A stretch of DNA of 62,789 bases, the filler included. It is 5 parts of 5 records of this genome, joined end to end, with 100 filler letters (N's around TTAATTAATTAA, not from the genome) between each part and the next. Parts side by side here need not be neighbours in the genome. Positions count along the whole stretch, not along the records: positions 1 to 12,568 come from SRR31147125_4881; positions 12,669 to 28,647 come from SRR31147125_4905; 3 more parts are not named here. One strand, written 5' to 3'. The notes under the pieces were generated by a model that searched no databases, was not told the DNA's origin, and saw nothing but the letters and a program-made list of their open reading frames with translations. Below, piece by piece: positions 10,626-20,304 of the stretch (the stretch's first letter is position 1; each line of letters begins with the position of its first letter). Position numbers and translations under genes: made by a program.

Positions 10626-12326
10626 ATGAAAGATATTCTTCGTGTAAATGTTGCGGACGCGACGTTCAGACGTGAATCCTTGACGGATGAATATATTTGC
10701 TTAGGAGGTAGGGCACTCATTGCAAGAATATTATTAAAAGAGGTTAAGGCGTCTTGCGACCCGCTTGGACAACATAATAAGCTGATTTTTGCAACCGGTC
10801 TTCTTGCCGGAACACGGGTTTCAAGTAGCGGACGCATATCTATTGGAGCCAAAAGCCCTTTGACCGGAGGAATTAAGGAGAGCAATGGTGGGGGGATTAC
10901 GGCAACCCGTTTGGCCCAGATGATGATACGTGCAGTTATTATTGAAGGTTTACCTCCAGATAAAACAATTAAAATATTGCATATAACAAATGATGGTGCC
11001 TCTCTTGTTCCTGCACCAGAATTGACAGGAGTGGGTATTTATAGGGCAGCTGATTTACTCAAAGAAAAATATTCCGATAGTGCTATCACTCTGATAGGTC
11101 AGTCGGGCGAATTTTGTTATGCCAATGCCGGCATTGCGACTATTGACAAAGATGGTAACCCTACTCGATTTAGCGGTCGTGGTGGGCTTGGTGCGGTCAT
11201 GGGTGCAAAAGGATTGAAAGCGCTGGTCGTAACTGGGAGGGGAAAGGTTGATCCTATCCGTAGAGAAAAGTATACCATCGTCGTAAGAGATCTTAATAAG
11301 GCTATCCTTGATTCACAAGTCGCTAAAACTTACAAGAGATTTGGAACAGCGGCGTTAGTGGAAATTGTAAATGAGTATAATGCATTACCGATTCGAAACT
11401 TCAGTATAGGAAAGGACAAACGGGCAAAAAATATTGGTGGCGACACAATGCACGACACAATTCTCGCACGTGGCGGGGAGGGGCGTATCAGTCATGCCTG
11501 CATGCCAGGCTGTGTTGTGTCGTGTTCAAATGTCTATGTAGATAAATACGGTAAAGAGATCGTCTCACCGATCGAATACGAAAATATTGGACTGCTTGGT
11601 TCAAATCTTGATATATGGGACCTTGATCATATCGCTCAACTCAATCGTCGGTGCAACGACCTTGGTATAGATACAATTGAGACGGGTGCAGCGATTGGAG
11701 TAATGATGGAGAGTGGGTTACTTGAATTCGGAGACTTTGACGGCGCCATGTCATTATTGGATGAAATGGACCGGGGAACCCTTAAAGGGCGACTATTAGG
11801 AAGCGGCGCGACCACGGTTGGAAAAGTCCTTGGTGTTCGAAATGTTCCTGCAGTTAAAGGCCAAGCAATGGCTGCATATGATCCGCGAGCTATAAAAGGA
11901 ATGGGTGTAACCTATGCAACCTCAGCCATGGGCGCAGATCATACCACAGGTCCCACAACCCGTGCTCAAGGAGACCATACTGATCCTTCAGGTAAGGCTA
12001 ACCAATCAAAAACAATACAGAAGCTACTAGGCGTATTCGATATCACCGGGCTTTGTTTATTTACAGTTGGTGGAGTCGCGACAAATAAACAAATGGTACT
12101 TGACACCATCAACTCGCTCTATGGATGGGATTATGATATGGAATGGTTTGATACATTGTGTGTGAGAATGCTCGAAGACGAAAGGAAGTTTAATGAACTA
12201 GCCGGGATCAATAACTCACATCACAGATTACCTGAAGCATTCACCGAAAGAAAGCTGCCTGGGATCGATTCAGTGTTCGATGTGTCAGATGAAGATATTG
12301 CCTCTGTGTTTGATTACAACAGTTAG
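10626..12326 (+). CDS. aor: aldehyde:ferredoxin oxidoreductase (W/Mo-bis-pterin AOR family)
   Basis: 'KSPLTGGIKESNGGG', 'GRGGLGAVMGAKGLKA', 'CMPGCVVSC', 'EYE', 'GIDTIETG', 'YDPR', 'GADHT'. Confidence 0.92.
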   Translation: MKDILRVNVADATFRRESLTDEYICLGGRALIARILLKEVKASCDPLGQHNKLIFATGLLAGTRVSSSGRISIGAKSPLTGGIKESNGGGITATRLAQMMIRAVIIEGLPPDKTIKILHITNDGASLVPAPELTGVGIYRAADLLKEKYSDSAITLIGQSGEFCYANAGIATIDKDGNPTRFSGRGGLGAVMGAKGLKALVVTGRGKVDPIRREKYTIVVRDLNKAILDSQVAKTYKRFGTAALVEIVNEYNALPIRNFSIGKDKRAKNIGGDTMHDTILARGGEGRISHACMPGCVVSCSNVYVDKYGKEIVSPIEYENIGLLGSNLDIWDLDHIAQLNRRCNDLGIDTIETGAAIGVMMESGLLEFGDFDGAMSLLDEMDRGTLKGRLLGSGATTVGKVLGVRNVPAVKGQAMAAYDPRAIKGMGVTYATSAMGADHTTGPTTRAQGDHTDPSGKANQSKTIQKLLGVFDITGLCLFTVGGVATNKQMVLDTINSLYGWDYDMEWFDTLCVRMLEDERKFNELAGINNSHHRLPEAFTERKLPGIDSVFDVSDEDIASVFDYNS

Positions 12327-12387
12327 GGGACATGTAAACACGAAATAATAATTGAATCTCACTCTTGTCCAAAATAGGATTTGAATA

Positions 12388-12568
12388 GAGCCTCTTGCAA
12401 AAGTAGGCTCACCGGTTGAACGTTGAATTTCGCTGTCACACTTCAATATCCAGTCAACTTGATAAGCTGATCGGCAAACAGCGCGACACCCCCCAACATT
12501 AAATGCATCATTACTTTGGCGGGGCCACGAACCATACGTGGAAAAGTTAAGATCTTCCCGTACAGTTT
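12388..12568 (-). mobile_element. transposase C-terminal fragment and probable IS end at the contig edge
   Basis: Minus strand reads 'MVRGPAKVMMHLMLGGVALFADQLIKLTGY*' (stop at 12443), resembling IS1182/IS5-like C-termini; candidate end GAGCCTCTTGCAAAAG at 12388. Confidence 0.6.
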
Positions 12569-12668
12569 NNNNNNNNNNNNNNNNNNNNNNNNNNNNNNNN
12601 NNNNNNNNNNNNTTAATTAATTAANNNNNNNNNNNNNNNNNNNNNNNNNNNNNNNNNNNNNNNNNNNN
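12569..12668. other. artificial contig spacer
   Basis: 44 N + TTAATTAATTAA (stops in all frames) + 44 N. Confidence 0.98.
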
Positions 12669-12685
12669 AATCTTTTTCTGCTCAT
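12669..12685 (-). CDS. N-terminus of a gene cut by the contig edge (MSRKR...)
   Basis: AGGAGG RBS at 12698-12693, ATG at 12685, consensus promoter upstream. Confidence 0.65.
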
Positions 12686-12748
12686 TTTTTAACCTCCTAA
12701 TTTGTTAATTTCTAGTTAACATTTTTGATGGTTACTTAACTTTGATAA

Positions 12749-12777
12749 ATTATACTGTATAAAAATTAATTTGTCAA
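12749..12777 (-). promoter_or_regulatory. sigma70 promoter for the truncated divergent gene
   Basis: TTGACA-17-TATAAT, perfect consensus on the minus strand. Confidence 0.8.
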
Positions 12778-13320
12778 GTACAATTTTTAATATAACAGAA
12801 CATTTTTTAATAATAGTAAACATAATGACGTTGTTCAAATTAAGTAACGATGGTAAATATAAATAAACATTTAAGTACAGTTACACAGTAGAAATAACTT
12901 TTGGCTAATCACTATTTGTTAGCGTTAGAGATCATTATCAAATTAAATGAATCTTTTTTTGTTTGCCAAAATAGTTTTTCTCTTCTCCAAATAATAGATT
13001 CTCTTTTCATTTAAATACCTCTCTTGTATTGTGATATTTAACTTAGTAATATTATACTGGAAGTTTTCAAAAAAATCAAGATAAAAAGTTAAAAAATAAA
13101 CATTTTGTATCAAAAAATAATCAAAATAAACAAAACTACAAAAAATACGTGTATTATTGCTTAACAAGGGATATGGGTTAATATATTATTTTATTTAGGT
13201 TAAGTTAGTTTAACAGCAAAAATTGGTATTTTGACCCAATAAACTAGGAAGCTTTTGGTGGATTTTTTTGACGATTTAAAGTATAATATGTTATCAAGTG
13301 ATGGAAAATGGAGGAGAATA

Positions 13321-13977
13321 ATGAAGATACTTATTGATGAAGAGAGAGAGTTACATCCTTTTCTGGAAGGAATGAAGAAAATTGCTAGGGCGATTTATAT
13401 AATGTTGGGAAGTAGATGTGAAGTTATTTTGCATGATTTAAGCAATCCAGAAAGTTCTTTAGTTTTTATAGCGGGAGAGATTACCAATAGACAATTAGGA
13501 GCACCAGCGACTGATGTTATGTTAAAAGCGTTAAGAAATAAAGATCCAGAGGATATAGTAAACTATCAGTCGAAGAGTAAGGATGGGCATACCTATAAAT
13601 CTTCAACAATATTCTTAAGAAATGAAAATAATGAAGTTATTGGTTGTTTAGGAATTAACTACGATATAACTGATATGTTACTTGTTAATAATATTATTGG
13701 TGAGTTTTGTCAGGCTAATACACAAACTAGCGCAAATAAGGCTGAAGAGGAAACGTTTGCTAATGATGTGAATGAGGTTCTAAAGGAGCTACTAGAGCGA
13801 TCTAAGGATCAGATAGGAAAACCTGTTCCTTTCATGAATAAAGATGATAAATTAAAAGTTATAAAGTATTTAGATGAGAGAGGAACCTTCATGATCAAAG
13901 GAGCTGTTGAAATAGTTGCAGATGATTTGAGAGTTTCTAGATATACTATTTATAATTATCTAAAAGAGATAGATTAG
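13321..13977 (+). CDS. YheO/DauR-family PAS_6 + HTH_22 transcriptional regulator
   Basis: 'CEVILHDL', 'ITNRQLGAPATD', 'KSSTIF', 'GCLGINYD', 'GTFMIKGAV', 'VSRYTIYNYL'; start placed after GAGGAG. Confidence 0.9.
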   Translation: MKILIDEERELHPFLEGMKKIARAIYIMLGSRCEVILHDLSNPESSLVFIAGEITNRQLGAPATDVMLKALRNKDPEDIVNYQSKSKDGHTYKSSTIFLRNENNEVIGCLGINYDITDMLLVNNIIGEFCQANTQTSANKAEEETFANDVNEVLKELLERSKDQIGKPVPFMNKDDKLKVIKYLDERGTFMIKGAVEIVADDLRVSRYTIYNYLKEID

Positions 13978-13994
13978 TATGATATAGGTTTAAC

Positions 13995-14040
13995 AAATAA
14001 AAAAGCTAGCTTAAGAAATTCTTAGCTAGCTTTTTTATTT
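13995..14040. terminator. bidirectional intrinsic terminator
   Basis: AAATAAAAAAGCTAGC...GCTAGCTTTTTTATTT between convergent genes. Confidence 0.85.
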
Positions 14041-14057
14041 GTTAAAATATTCAATTT

Positions 14058-14708
14058 CTAATAAATAAGTCTATTTTTTTCTGCCTCTAATGATGAAGAA
14101 AAATTTAATTTAACTTTTATATCTTTCCTTCTCATATTATCAATATACCTAAGTAGATCATTTTCAATTCGAGTTGTTAAAAATTCCTTTTTGTCTAAAT
14201 TTAATTCAATTAATTTTGGTTTAAAGATTAAAAAAGAGTCAATTGATATCTGCATGTATTTAAATCGCTCGTCTGTAATAGTCTTGTCAACATCAACTTT
14301 AATAGTGGAATCATTTTTTGAGATTTTAAAACCTTCATTAACCCTATCTTCGGGCAGACTGCAATTAATAGCTTTAACTACCTTTTTATGATTTATGGGT
14401 TTGATGATATAATTTTTTACTCCATATTTTAGAAGTTCCAGAACAGTTTTACGTTGATTAATAGCACTTACCATAATAACTACTGCATTTGGGTCATAAT
14501 CAAGGATTTCTCTTGATGCTTCAACTCCATCCATAATAGGCATAGTAACATCCATAGTTACTAAATCCGGTTTGTAGGCTTTATATCTTTGGATTGCTTC
14601 TCTTCCATCTTCTGCTTCTGCTATAATAATATGGCCCTCTTCTAATAAAATCTGCTTCATGTTAAGTCGCATAATTGCAGAGTCATCACAAATCAATATC
14701 TTAGCAAT
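14058..14708 (-). CDS. CheY-like response regulator with a C-terminal extension (possibly STAS-like)
   Basis: 'ILICDDS', 'PDLVTMDVTMPIMDG', 'VSA', 'IIKP'; probable ATT start at 14708 (ORF track starts at TTG 14696). Confidence 0.85.
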   Translation of the reverse strand: MAKILICDDSAIMRLNMKQILLEEGHIIIAEAEDGREAIQRYKAYKPDLVTMDVTMPIMDGVEASREILDYDPNAVVIMVSAINQRKTVLELLKYGVKNYIIKPINHKKVVKAINCSLPEDRVNEGFKISKNDSTIKVDVDKTITDERFKYMQISIDSFLIFKPKLIELNLDKKEFLTTRIENDLLRYIDNMRRKDIKVKLNFSSSLEAEKNRLIY

Positions 14709-14814
14709 AATTCACACCTCCAAGTTAATACTACGTTATTAATACAAAATATAATTGTATGCATACATTATAAGATAAAAATGAAAAAATTTCAAGATAT
14801 ATGAATGTATAACG

Positions 14815-14847
14815 AAAAAAATGCCAAGATTATCTTGGCATTTTTTT
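14815..14847. terminator. intrinsic terminator downstream of the alanine symporter
   Basis: AAAAAAATGCCAAGA-TTA-TCTTGGCATTTTTTT. Confidence 0.85.
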
Positions 14848-14864
14848 ACTAACTATTTATCTTT

Positions 14865-16229
14865 TCACTTTGCTGTTTCTATCTTTAATTCCCCAATATA
14901 GTTTTTCATCTCTTCGAAGATAACTGGACTAAGTGCTAATAGTGCAATTAAGTTAGGTATCATCATAAGTCCGTTAAGAGTATCTGCTAATAACCAAACA
15001 AAATCAAGACTAGCTACTGATCCTAAGAATACACCTATAACAAATAAAAGTTTGTAGAAAATTCCAGATTTAGCTCCAAATATATATGTGAATGATTTTT
15101 CACCATAATAACTCCATCCAATGATAGTTGAGAAAGCAAAGAATGCTAATCCAAATGTTACTAAGTGACTACCAAAACCAGGTAAACCTTTACCAAATGC
15201 TGATGCAGTTAGTACAGAACCTGTTAATCCAGAGTTCCATTCACCAGTCATAATAATAACTAAAGCTGTCATAGAACAAATTACGATAGTATCAATAAAT
15301 CCACCAAGCATTGCGATCATAGCTTGTTGACCAGGCTTCTTAACAGTTGAAGCAGCATGTGCAATTGCAGCCGTTCCTAATCCTGCTTCATTTGAGAATA
15401 CCCCTCTGGCAATTCCAAATCTCATAGCAGTCATCATTACAGCTCCTGCAAATCCACCTGTTGCAGCTTGGCCTGTAAATGCACTAGTTACAATTAATTG
15501 TAATGCTGGTACAACAGAACTAATATTTAATACGATAATTATTAAAGTTCCAACGACATATCCAATTGCCATAATAGGAACCAGTTTTTCAGCAACTACA
15601 CCGATTCTTTTGATTCCTCCTATGATAACTATAAAAACAAGTATTGATAAGATGATCCCAGTAATATGTGTAGGTATCCCATATATATTAATTGATTGAG
15701 CTACAGAGTTTGCTTGCACGGTACAACCGATACCAAAACCAGCAAATGCTCCAAAGATAGCAAATGTTGTTCCTAACCATGCCCATTTAGGCCCCATACC
15801 ATTTTTGATATAGTACATAGGTCCACCTGAGTATGATTGAGTCTCTTCATCATATTCACGATATTTAACTGCAAGAACAGCTTCCCCCATTTTACTAGCC
15901 ATTCCTACTAAAGCACTAATCCACATCCAGAATACTGCACCAGGTCCACCAATAGCAATAGCTGTAGCAACACCAGCAATGTTTCCAGTACCAACTGTAG
16001 CAGATAGTGATGTCATAAGTGCCTGAAACGGAGTTAAATCCCCTTCACCGCTTTGCTCATTCTTATCTTTTCCTTTTAATAATAGTTTGAATGCTAAAGG
16101 AATTTTAGTCATTGTGATTCCCTTTAGACCAAGTGTTAAGAAAAATCCAGTACCAACTAATAGTATTAAACCAAAAGGTCCCCAAACGAAGCTACTAATA
16201 GCTCCAATTAAATTTGTTAATGCTTCCAT
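14865..16229 (-). CDS. alsT: sodium:alanine symporter (AlsT/AgcS family)
   Basis: 'ATVGTGNIAGVA...GGPGAVFWMW', 'GGPMYYI', 'RGVFSNEAGLG', 'DTIVICSMT'. Confidence 0.93.
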   Translation of the reverse strand: MEALTNLIGAISSFVWGPFGLILLVGTGFFLTLGLKGITMTKIPLAFKLLLKGKDKNEQSGEGDLTPFQALMTSLSATVGTGNIAGVATAIAIGGPGAVFWMWISALVGMASKMGEAVLAVKYREYDEETQSYSGGPMYYIKNGMGPKWAWLGTTFAIFGAFAGFGIGCTVQANSVAQSINIYGIPTHITGIILSILVFIVIIGGIKRIGVVAEKLVPIMAIGYVVGTLIIIVLNISSVVPALQLIVTSAFTGQAATGGFAGAVMMTAMRFGIARGVFSNEAGLGTAAIAHAASTVKKPGQQAMIAMLGGFIDTIVICSMTALVIIMTGEWNSGLTGSVLTASAFGKGLPGFGSHLVTFGLAFFAFSTIIGWSYYGEKSFTYIFGAKSGIFYKLLFVIGVFLGSVASLDFVWLLADTLNGLMMIPNLIALLALSPVIFEEMKNYIGELKIETAK

Positions 16230-16263
16230 TATGCCCTCCTAAAAATTAATAAAAATCCTAAAA

Positions 16264-16278
16264 TTAACAAAATGTCAA
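16264..16278. promoter_or_regulatory. candidate operator (ACA-N3-TGT palindrome) in the alsT leader
   Basis: TTAACAAAATGTCAA, just downstream of a TTGCAT-17-TATAAT promoter (16327-16299, minus strand). Confidence 0.55.
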
Positions 16279-16498
16279 TAATAGGTACAATAGTAAATAT
16301 TATAAATTATTATTGAAAAAAATGCAATCATAAATTTCATATATGATTAGTCGTTTAATACTTGCAAAATTTTAATTAATCAACAAAAATTTTAAGATAT
16401 CTAAAGAAGTATTGATATCATTATTTTTAAATAAACTAAATTAAAAAAGGCTCTTCCAAATTTTGAAAGAACCTTTAAAAAAAATACTATTTTAGATT

Positions 16499-17608
16499 TT
16501 ATAATAAATCTGTTGGCGTTGAATAATCTAAACCAAATGCATCAGCAACAGCTTTATAGGTAACCTTACTTTTATATACGTTTAATCCTTTTAATAAACC
16601 TTCATCATCTAATAATGCTTTTTTATAGCCTTTATTAGCTATCTGTAATATATAAGGAAGCGTTACATTAGTTAATGCAAATGTTGATGTTCTAGCAACG
16701 GCACCAGGCATATTTGCAACAGAATAGTGTACAACATCATGTTTGATAAATACAGGATCTGTATGAGTTGTAGGGTAAGTAGTCTCAACACATCCACCCT
16801 GGTCAATTGCAACATCAACGATAACTGAACCTGCTTTCATATCTTTTATCATATCCTCTGTAACTAAATCTGGCGCTTTTGCACCAGCAACTAATACAGC
16901 TCCGATTACTAGATCTGCTTTAACGACTTGATTTTTAATGTTATATCTATTTGACATCATAGTTTTTATTCTTCCGTCAAATATATCATCGATATATCTC
17001 ATTTGCTCTGCATCTAAATCTAGAATAGTAACGTCAGCTCCTAATCCAACTGCCATTTTAGCTGCATTGATACCAACAATTCCACCACCGATAATTACAA
17101 CTTTACCAGGTAAAACTCCAGGAACTCCCCCTAATAAAATTCCACATCCACCATTGTGTGCCTTCAAATATGAAGCTCCCTCTTGTGTAGCAAGTCTTCC
17201 AGCAACTTCACTCATTGGAACCAGTAATGGAAGTTGATTCCCTTTCTCAACTGTTTCATATGCAATAGAAACAATGTTTTTCTCCATTAATGCTTTTGTT
17301 AATTCCTCTGCAGCGGCTAAATGTAAATATGTAAATAAAATTTGATTTTCTTTGAATAAAGTATATTCTTCCTTCAGAGGCTCTTTAACTTTGACTATCA
17401 TTTCAGCAATATCAAATACTTCTTTTGCAGTAGCTAATAACTTAGCACCAGCTAGCTCATATTCCCCATTACTAATCCCACTACCAATTCCAGCACTCTT
17501 TTCAATATAAATTTCATGTCCCTTTGATACTAATGCTTCTACACCTTGTGGTGTTATTGCCACTCTGTTTTCCTTGTCTTTAATTTCTTTTGGAATTCCA
17601 ATTATCAT
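16499..17608 (-). CDS. ald: alanine dehydrogenase
   Basis: 'GIPKEIKDKENRVA', 'KVKEP', 'FTYLHLAA', 'PMSEVAGR', 'DVAIDQGGC', 'VANMPGAV'. Confidence 0.96.
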   Translation of the reverse strand: MIIGIPKEIKDKENRVAITPQGVEALVSKGHEIYIEKSAGIGSGISNGEYELAGAKLLATAKEVFDIAEMIVKVKEPLKEEYTLFKENQILFTYLHLAAAEELTKALMEKNIVSIAYETVEKGNQLPLLVPMSEVAGRLATQEGASYLKAHNGGCGILLGGVPGVLPGKVVIIGGGIVGINAAKMAVGLGADVTILDLDAEQMRYIDDIFDGRIKTMMSNRYNIKNQVVKADLVIGAVLVAGAKAPDLVTEDMIKDMKAGSVIVDVAIDQGGCVETTYPTTHTDPVFIKHDVVHYSVANMPGAVARTSTFALTNVTLPYILQIANKGYKKALLDDEGLLKGLNVYKSKVTYKAVADAFGLDYSTPTDLL

Positions 17609-17645
17609 TTGTTAATACCTCCTGTTAAAATTTTATAACAAACAC

Positions 17646-17660
17646 TAAACAATTTGTTGA
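17646..17660. promoter_or_regulatory. candidate operator (ACA-N3-TGT palindrome) in the ald leader
   Basis: TAAACAATTTGTTGA, between the TTGACT-17-TATACT promoter (17745-17717, minus strand) and the start codon. Confidence 0.55.
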
Positions 17661-17933
17661 ATAGTAGAGTAAAATAAAATAACACGACTGTGTTATTAGT
17701 ATTTTTATTTAATAAAAGTATACTGAAATAACATTTAACAGTCAAATTAATAAAATATATTTTACATATTATTCTAGAAATGAGTTAAAAATCCTGTATT
17801 ATTAATTTGATATATAATGGTATTATTAGAAAAATGAGAAGAGACAATAAAATTATAAATAAAGTCGGACTTTTTAGAGTGTAAATACAATTCATGTTTT
17901 CATATGAAAGTTACAAAATCTATACTATAGAAT

Positions 17934-17962
17934 AAAAAAACAGCTCTTAGAATAAAGAGCTG
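17934..17962 (-). terminator. intrinsic terminator of the outer-membrane protein gene
   Basis: CAGCTCTT...AAGAGCTG hairpin followed by a T-run on the minus strand. Confidence 0.75.
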
Positions 17963-17994
17963 AGAATTAATTAAAATATTAAATTTTGAAAAAA

Positions 17995-18561
17995 TTAGAA
18001 AAGTTCATATCCTATTTTCAAAGTAAGGAAATTGATAAAAGTTGAGTCTTTTTCTAATATAGTTGTTTCTCCATCATCTTGTAAAATAGCTGCAGTAACT
18101 TCTGTGTTATTAAAAGAATAATTAACTTCAACCATAAACAAACCATATTTTATAGATGATCCAAGTAGAAAGTATGCTCCTGTATCTGATCTCCTAAGTG
18201 TATTGTACTCATAAACATAATTAACATATGGCAAATTATAACCAGCACCAAGAAAGAAAGAGGTAGTTGTATCTCCTGATGGTATAGTGAATATAACGTT
18301 TCCTCCAATAGGAATATATGTTAACATCTGTTGATCATCCATATATAGATGATTATATCCAACTTCTCCACTGATTTTAAAGTTATCAGAAAGAGGATAT
18401 ATTAACTCAAGTGAAGCAGCAGGTTGTCTGGAAGTTTGGAACTGAGAAGACTCAATATCAAAGCTGCTAGATTGAGTTGTCCCTGCTTTTGCCCACAGTT
18501 CTAACGAATATGTATTTATAGTTAATACTAAAAGTATAATGAGTAGTAAATATTTCTTCAA
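17995..18561 (-). CDS. putative small outer-membrane beta-barrel protein
   Basis: Signal peptide from TTG 18561 (after AAGGTG); alternating beta-strand pattern; C-terminal 'LKIGYELF' aromatic signature. Confidence 0.65.
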   Translation of the reverse strand: MKKYLLLIILLVLTINTYSLELWAKAGTTQSSSFDIESSQFQTSRQPAASLELIYPLSDNFKISGEVGYNHLYMDDQQMLTYIPIGGNVIFTIPSGDTTTSFFLGAGYNLPYVNYVYEYNTLRRSDTGAYFLLGSSIKYGLFMVEVNYSFNNTEVTAAILQDDGETTILEKDSTFINFLTLKIGYELF

Positions 18562-18713
18562 GTTAATCACCTTACCTACTATATATTTTATAAGATATTT
18601 TACTATAATTTCATTTAAATTACCAGCAAAACTCAATAATTATTATAATTATCGATTCTTTTCATAGAAAAATTAATAGTATATTTAAAAAAATAAATTC
18701 TTTTAAAAAAGTT

Positions 18714-18742
18714 TTGACAACCTAAATATTTATTACTATAAC
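18714..18742 (+). promoter_or_regulatory. sigma70 promoter of the desaturase-like gene
   Basis: TTGACA-17-TATAAC. Confidence 0.6.
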
Positions 18743-18779
18743 TAGTTAGATAAAATTATTTACCAAGGGGGTAAAGAAT

Positions 18780-19670
18780 ATGACAAAAACAGATATTGAT
18801 TTTAGATTAGAGAGTAGATTGGTAGAACTTTATAATAAACATAATGAAAGAGCAAAAAATATTGATTGGAATTATGCTGCTTATATGCCGTGGGAGAGAG
18901 GTAGAAACTTTGTTAATGATCCATGGTCTGAGGAACAGGTTACATTGCCTAAAGCAATAGTAACAGCGGTGGAAACATCTATGCTAACTGAGCTTAATTT
19001 ACCTTGGTATACGGCGCATCTAAGTGGAACATTTAGCGGTTCTATGGCAGTTCTTCAGGATTTCATACATACATGGACAGCTGAGGAGGATCAACATGCA
19101 AGTGCACTTGAAACATATTTACTAATTACTAGAAATGTAAATCCAGACAAACTACATTTAATCAAGAAACAAGTTATGTCAGATGGTTGGGAAGCTAGTT
19201 TTACAACTCCCCTTGCAACAATGGCATATACATCTATTCAGGAATTAGGAACACTTGTTTTTTATCAAAATGTAGCAAAGGAAGCAATGAAACATGATCC
19301 GACATTAGGAGAATTATTACTTAGACTATCAAAAGATGAATCACTTCATTATGCTTTTTATAGTGAAGTAATAAAAATACACTTAGAAGTAGAGCCAAAC
19401 TATGTACTTCATCTATATGATGTAATTAGACAGTTTCAAATGCCAGGTTCGGTAATAACAGATTTTAAATCTAGAATGAAGGTTATAGAGAAGGATGCAA
19501 ACTATGGTCCGTCTGATTATTTTGATAGAGTGCTAACAGTTTTAATAAAAAAATGGAAATTAGACACATTAAGACCAAGTGCACCTGAAGCTGAGGAAGC
19601 GAGACAAAAGATTCTAGCTTATAGAGACAAATTACAAAAAATATTATTAAGAAAAAGAAGAGTCAGTTAA
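18780..19670 (+). CDS. acyl-ACP desaturase-like ferritin-fold diiron protein (DesA1-like)
   Basis: 'LTELNLPWY', 'WTAEEDQH', 'YTSIQELGT', 'SKDESLHYAFY', 'FQMPG': paired E...ExxH diiron ligands. Confidence 0.85.
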   Translation: MTKTDIDFRLESRLVELYNKHNERAKNIDWNYAAYMPWERGRNFVNDPWSEEQVTLPKAIVTAVETSMLTELNLPWYTAHLSGTFSGSMAVLQDFIHTWTAEEDQHASALETYLLITRNVNPDKLHLIKKQVMSDGWEASFTTPLATMAYTSIQELGTLVFYQNVAKEAMKHDPTLGELLLRLSKDESLHYAFYSEVIKIHLEVEPNYVLHLYDVIRQFQMPGSVITDFKSRMKVIEKDANYGPSDYFDRVLTVLIKKWKLDTLRPSAPEAEEARQKILAYRDKLQKILLRKRRVS

Positions 19671-19710
19671 ATAAAAAATCAAGGGTGGACTGTCACCCTT
19701 GATTTTTTAT
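19671..19710. terminator. bidirectional intrinsic terminator
   Basis: ATAAAAAATCAAGGGTG-GACTGT-CACCCTTGATTTTTTAT. Confidence 0.9.
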
Positions 19711-19722
19711 TGTATAATTGAA

Positions 19723-20304
19723 CTAGCCAATAGTTTCTCGTACTTCCCTCATGAATTCATGATATTGTTTTTTTTGATCTTTACTTAATGTTTCGAGAAT
19801 TTTTTTATCTTTTCTTTTCATGGTAATCCTAATTTTATTAAGATATGCTAACTTTTCAAATAATGTATCAATTCCATCTTCTGCTTTGTAATTTTCATAG
19901 ACAATGTTAATTTCATTTAAAATTTGAGCGACTTCTTCAATTTGTTCATGTTGGAATTTAATCTTTTTCTTCATATCATTTAATTCTTTTACCGCTAAAA
20001 GTTTAGCTTTTTTTATTTGATAAGCGGAATATTGATCCTCACTTAAAACAGCTTTTAAAGAACGCTGAAACCTGATATTCATTTTAAAAGCTTCCTTTAA
20101 TTTTTTAATTCTACCTTTATATTCTACTACTTCTTTCTTCTTTTCATTTGAAATTATAAAAATCTTTTTTAGTTGAAATTCTTGTTCTTCATTTAGCTTT
20201 AGATCTTCTTTAAAATATTCTACTTTATCTTCAAAAACTTCCAAAGAATATGAAAAGGAAATTAATGAAATAAATGTAAAAAATAATAAAAGTCTTCTAC
20301 TCAT
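19723..20304 (-). CDS. exported helical hypothetical protein (Spy/LTXXQ-like repeats)
   Basis: Signal peptide; 'LKLNEEQ', 'VLSEDQY', 'TLSKDQKK'; GGAGG RBS. Confidence 0.6.
   Translation of the reverse strand: MSRRLLLFFTFISLISFSYSLEVFEDKVEYFKEDLKLNEEQEFQLKKIFIISNEKKKEVVEYKGRIKKLKEAFKMNIRFQRSLKAVLSEDQYSAYQIKKAKLLAVKELNDMKKKIKFQHEQIEEVAQILNEINIVYENYKAEDGIDTLFEKLAYLNKIRITMKRKDKKILETLSKDQKKQYHEFMREVRETIG

Noticed and set aside
12943-13167. 74-aa ORF in the AT-rich intergenic region (similarly 49081-49317 and 51488-51706)
   Set aside because: No RBS, low-complexity F/I/L/N/K composition, and it overlaps probable promoter DNA.
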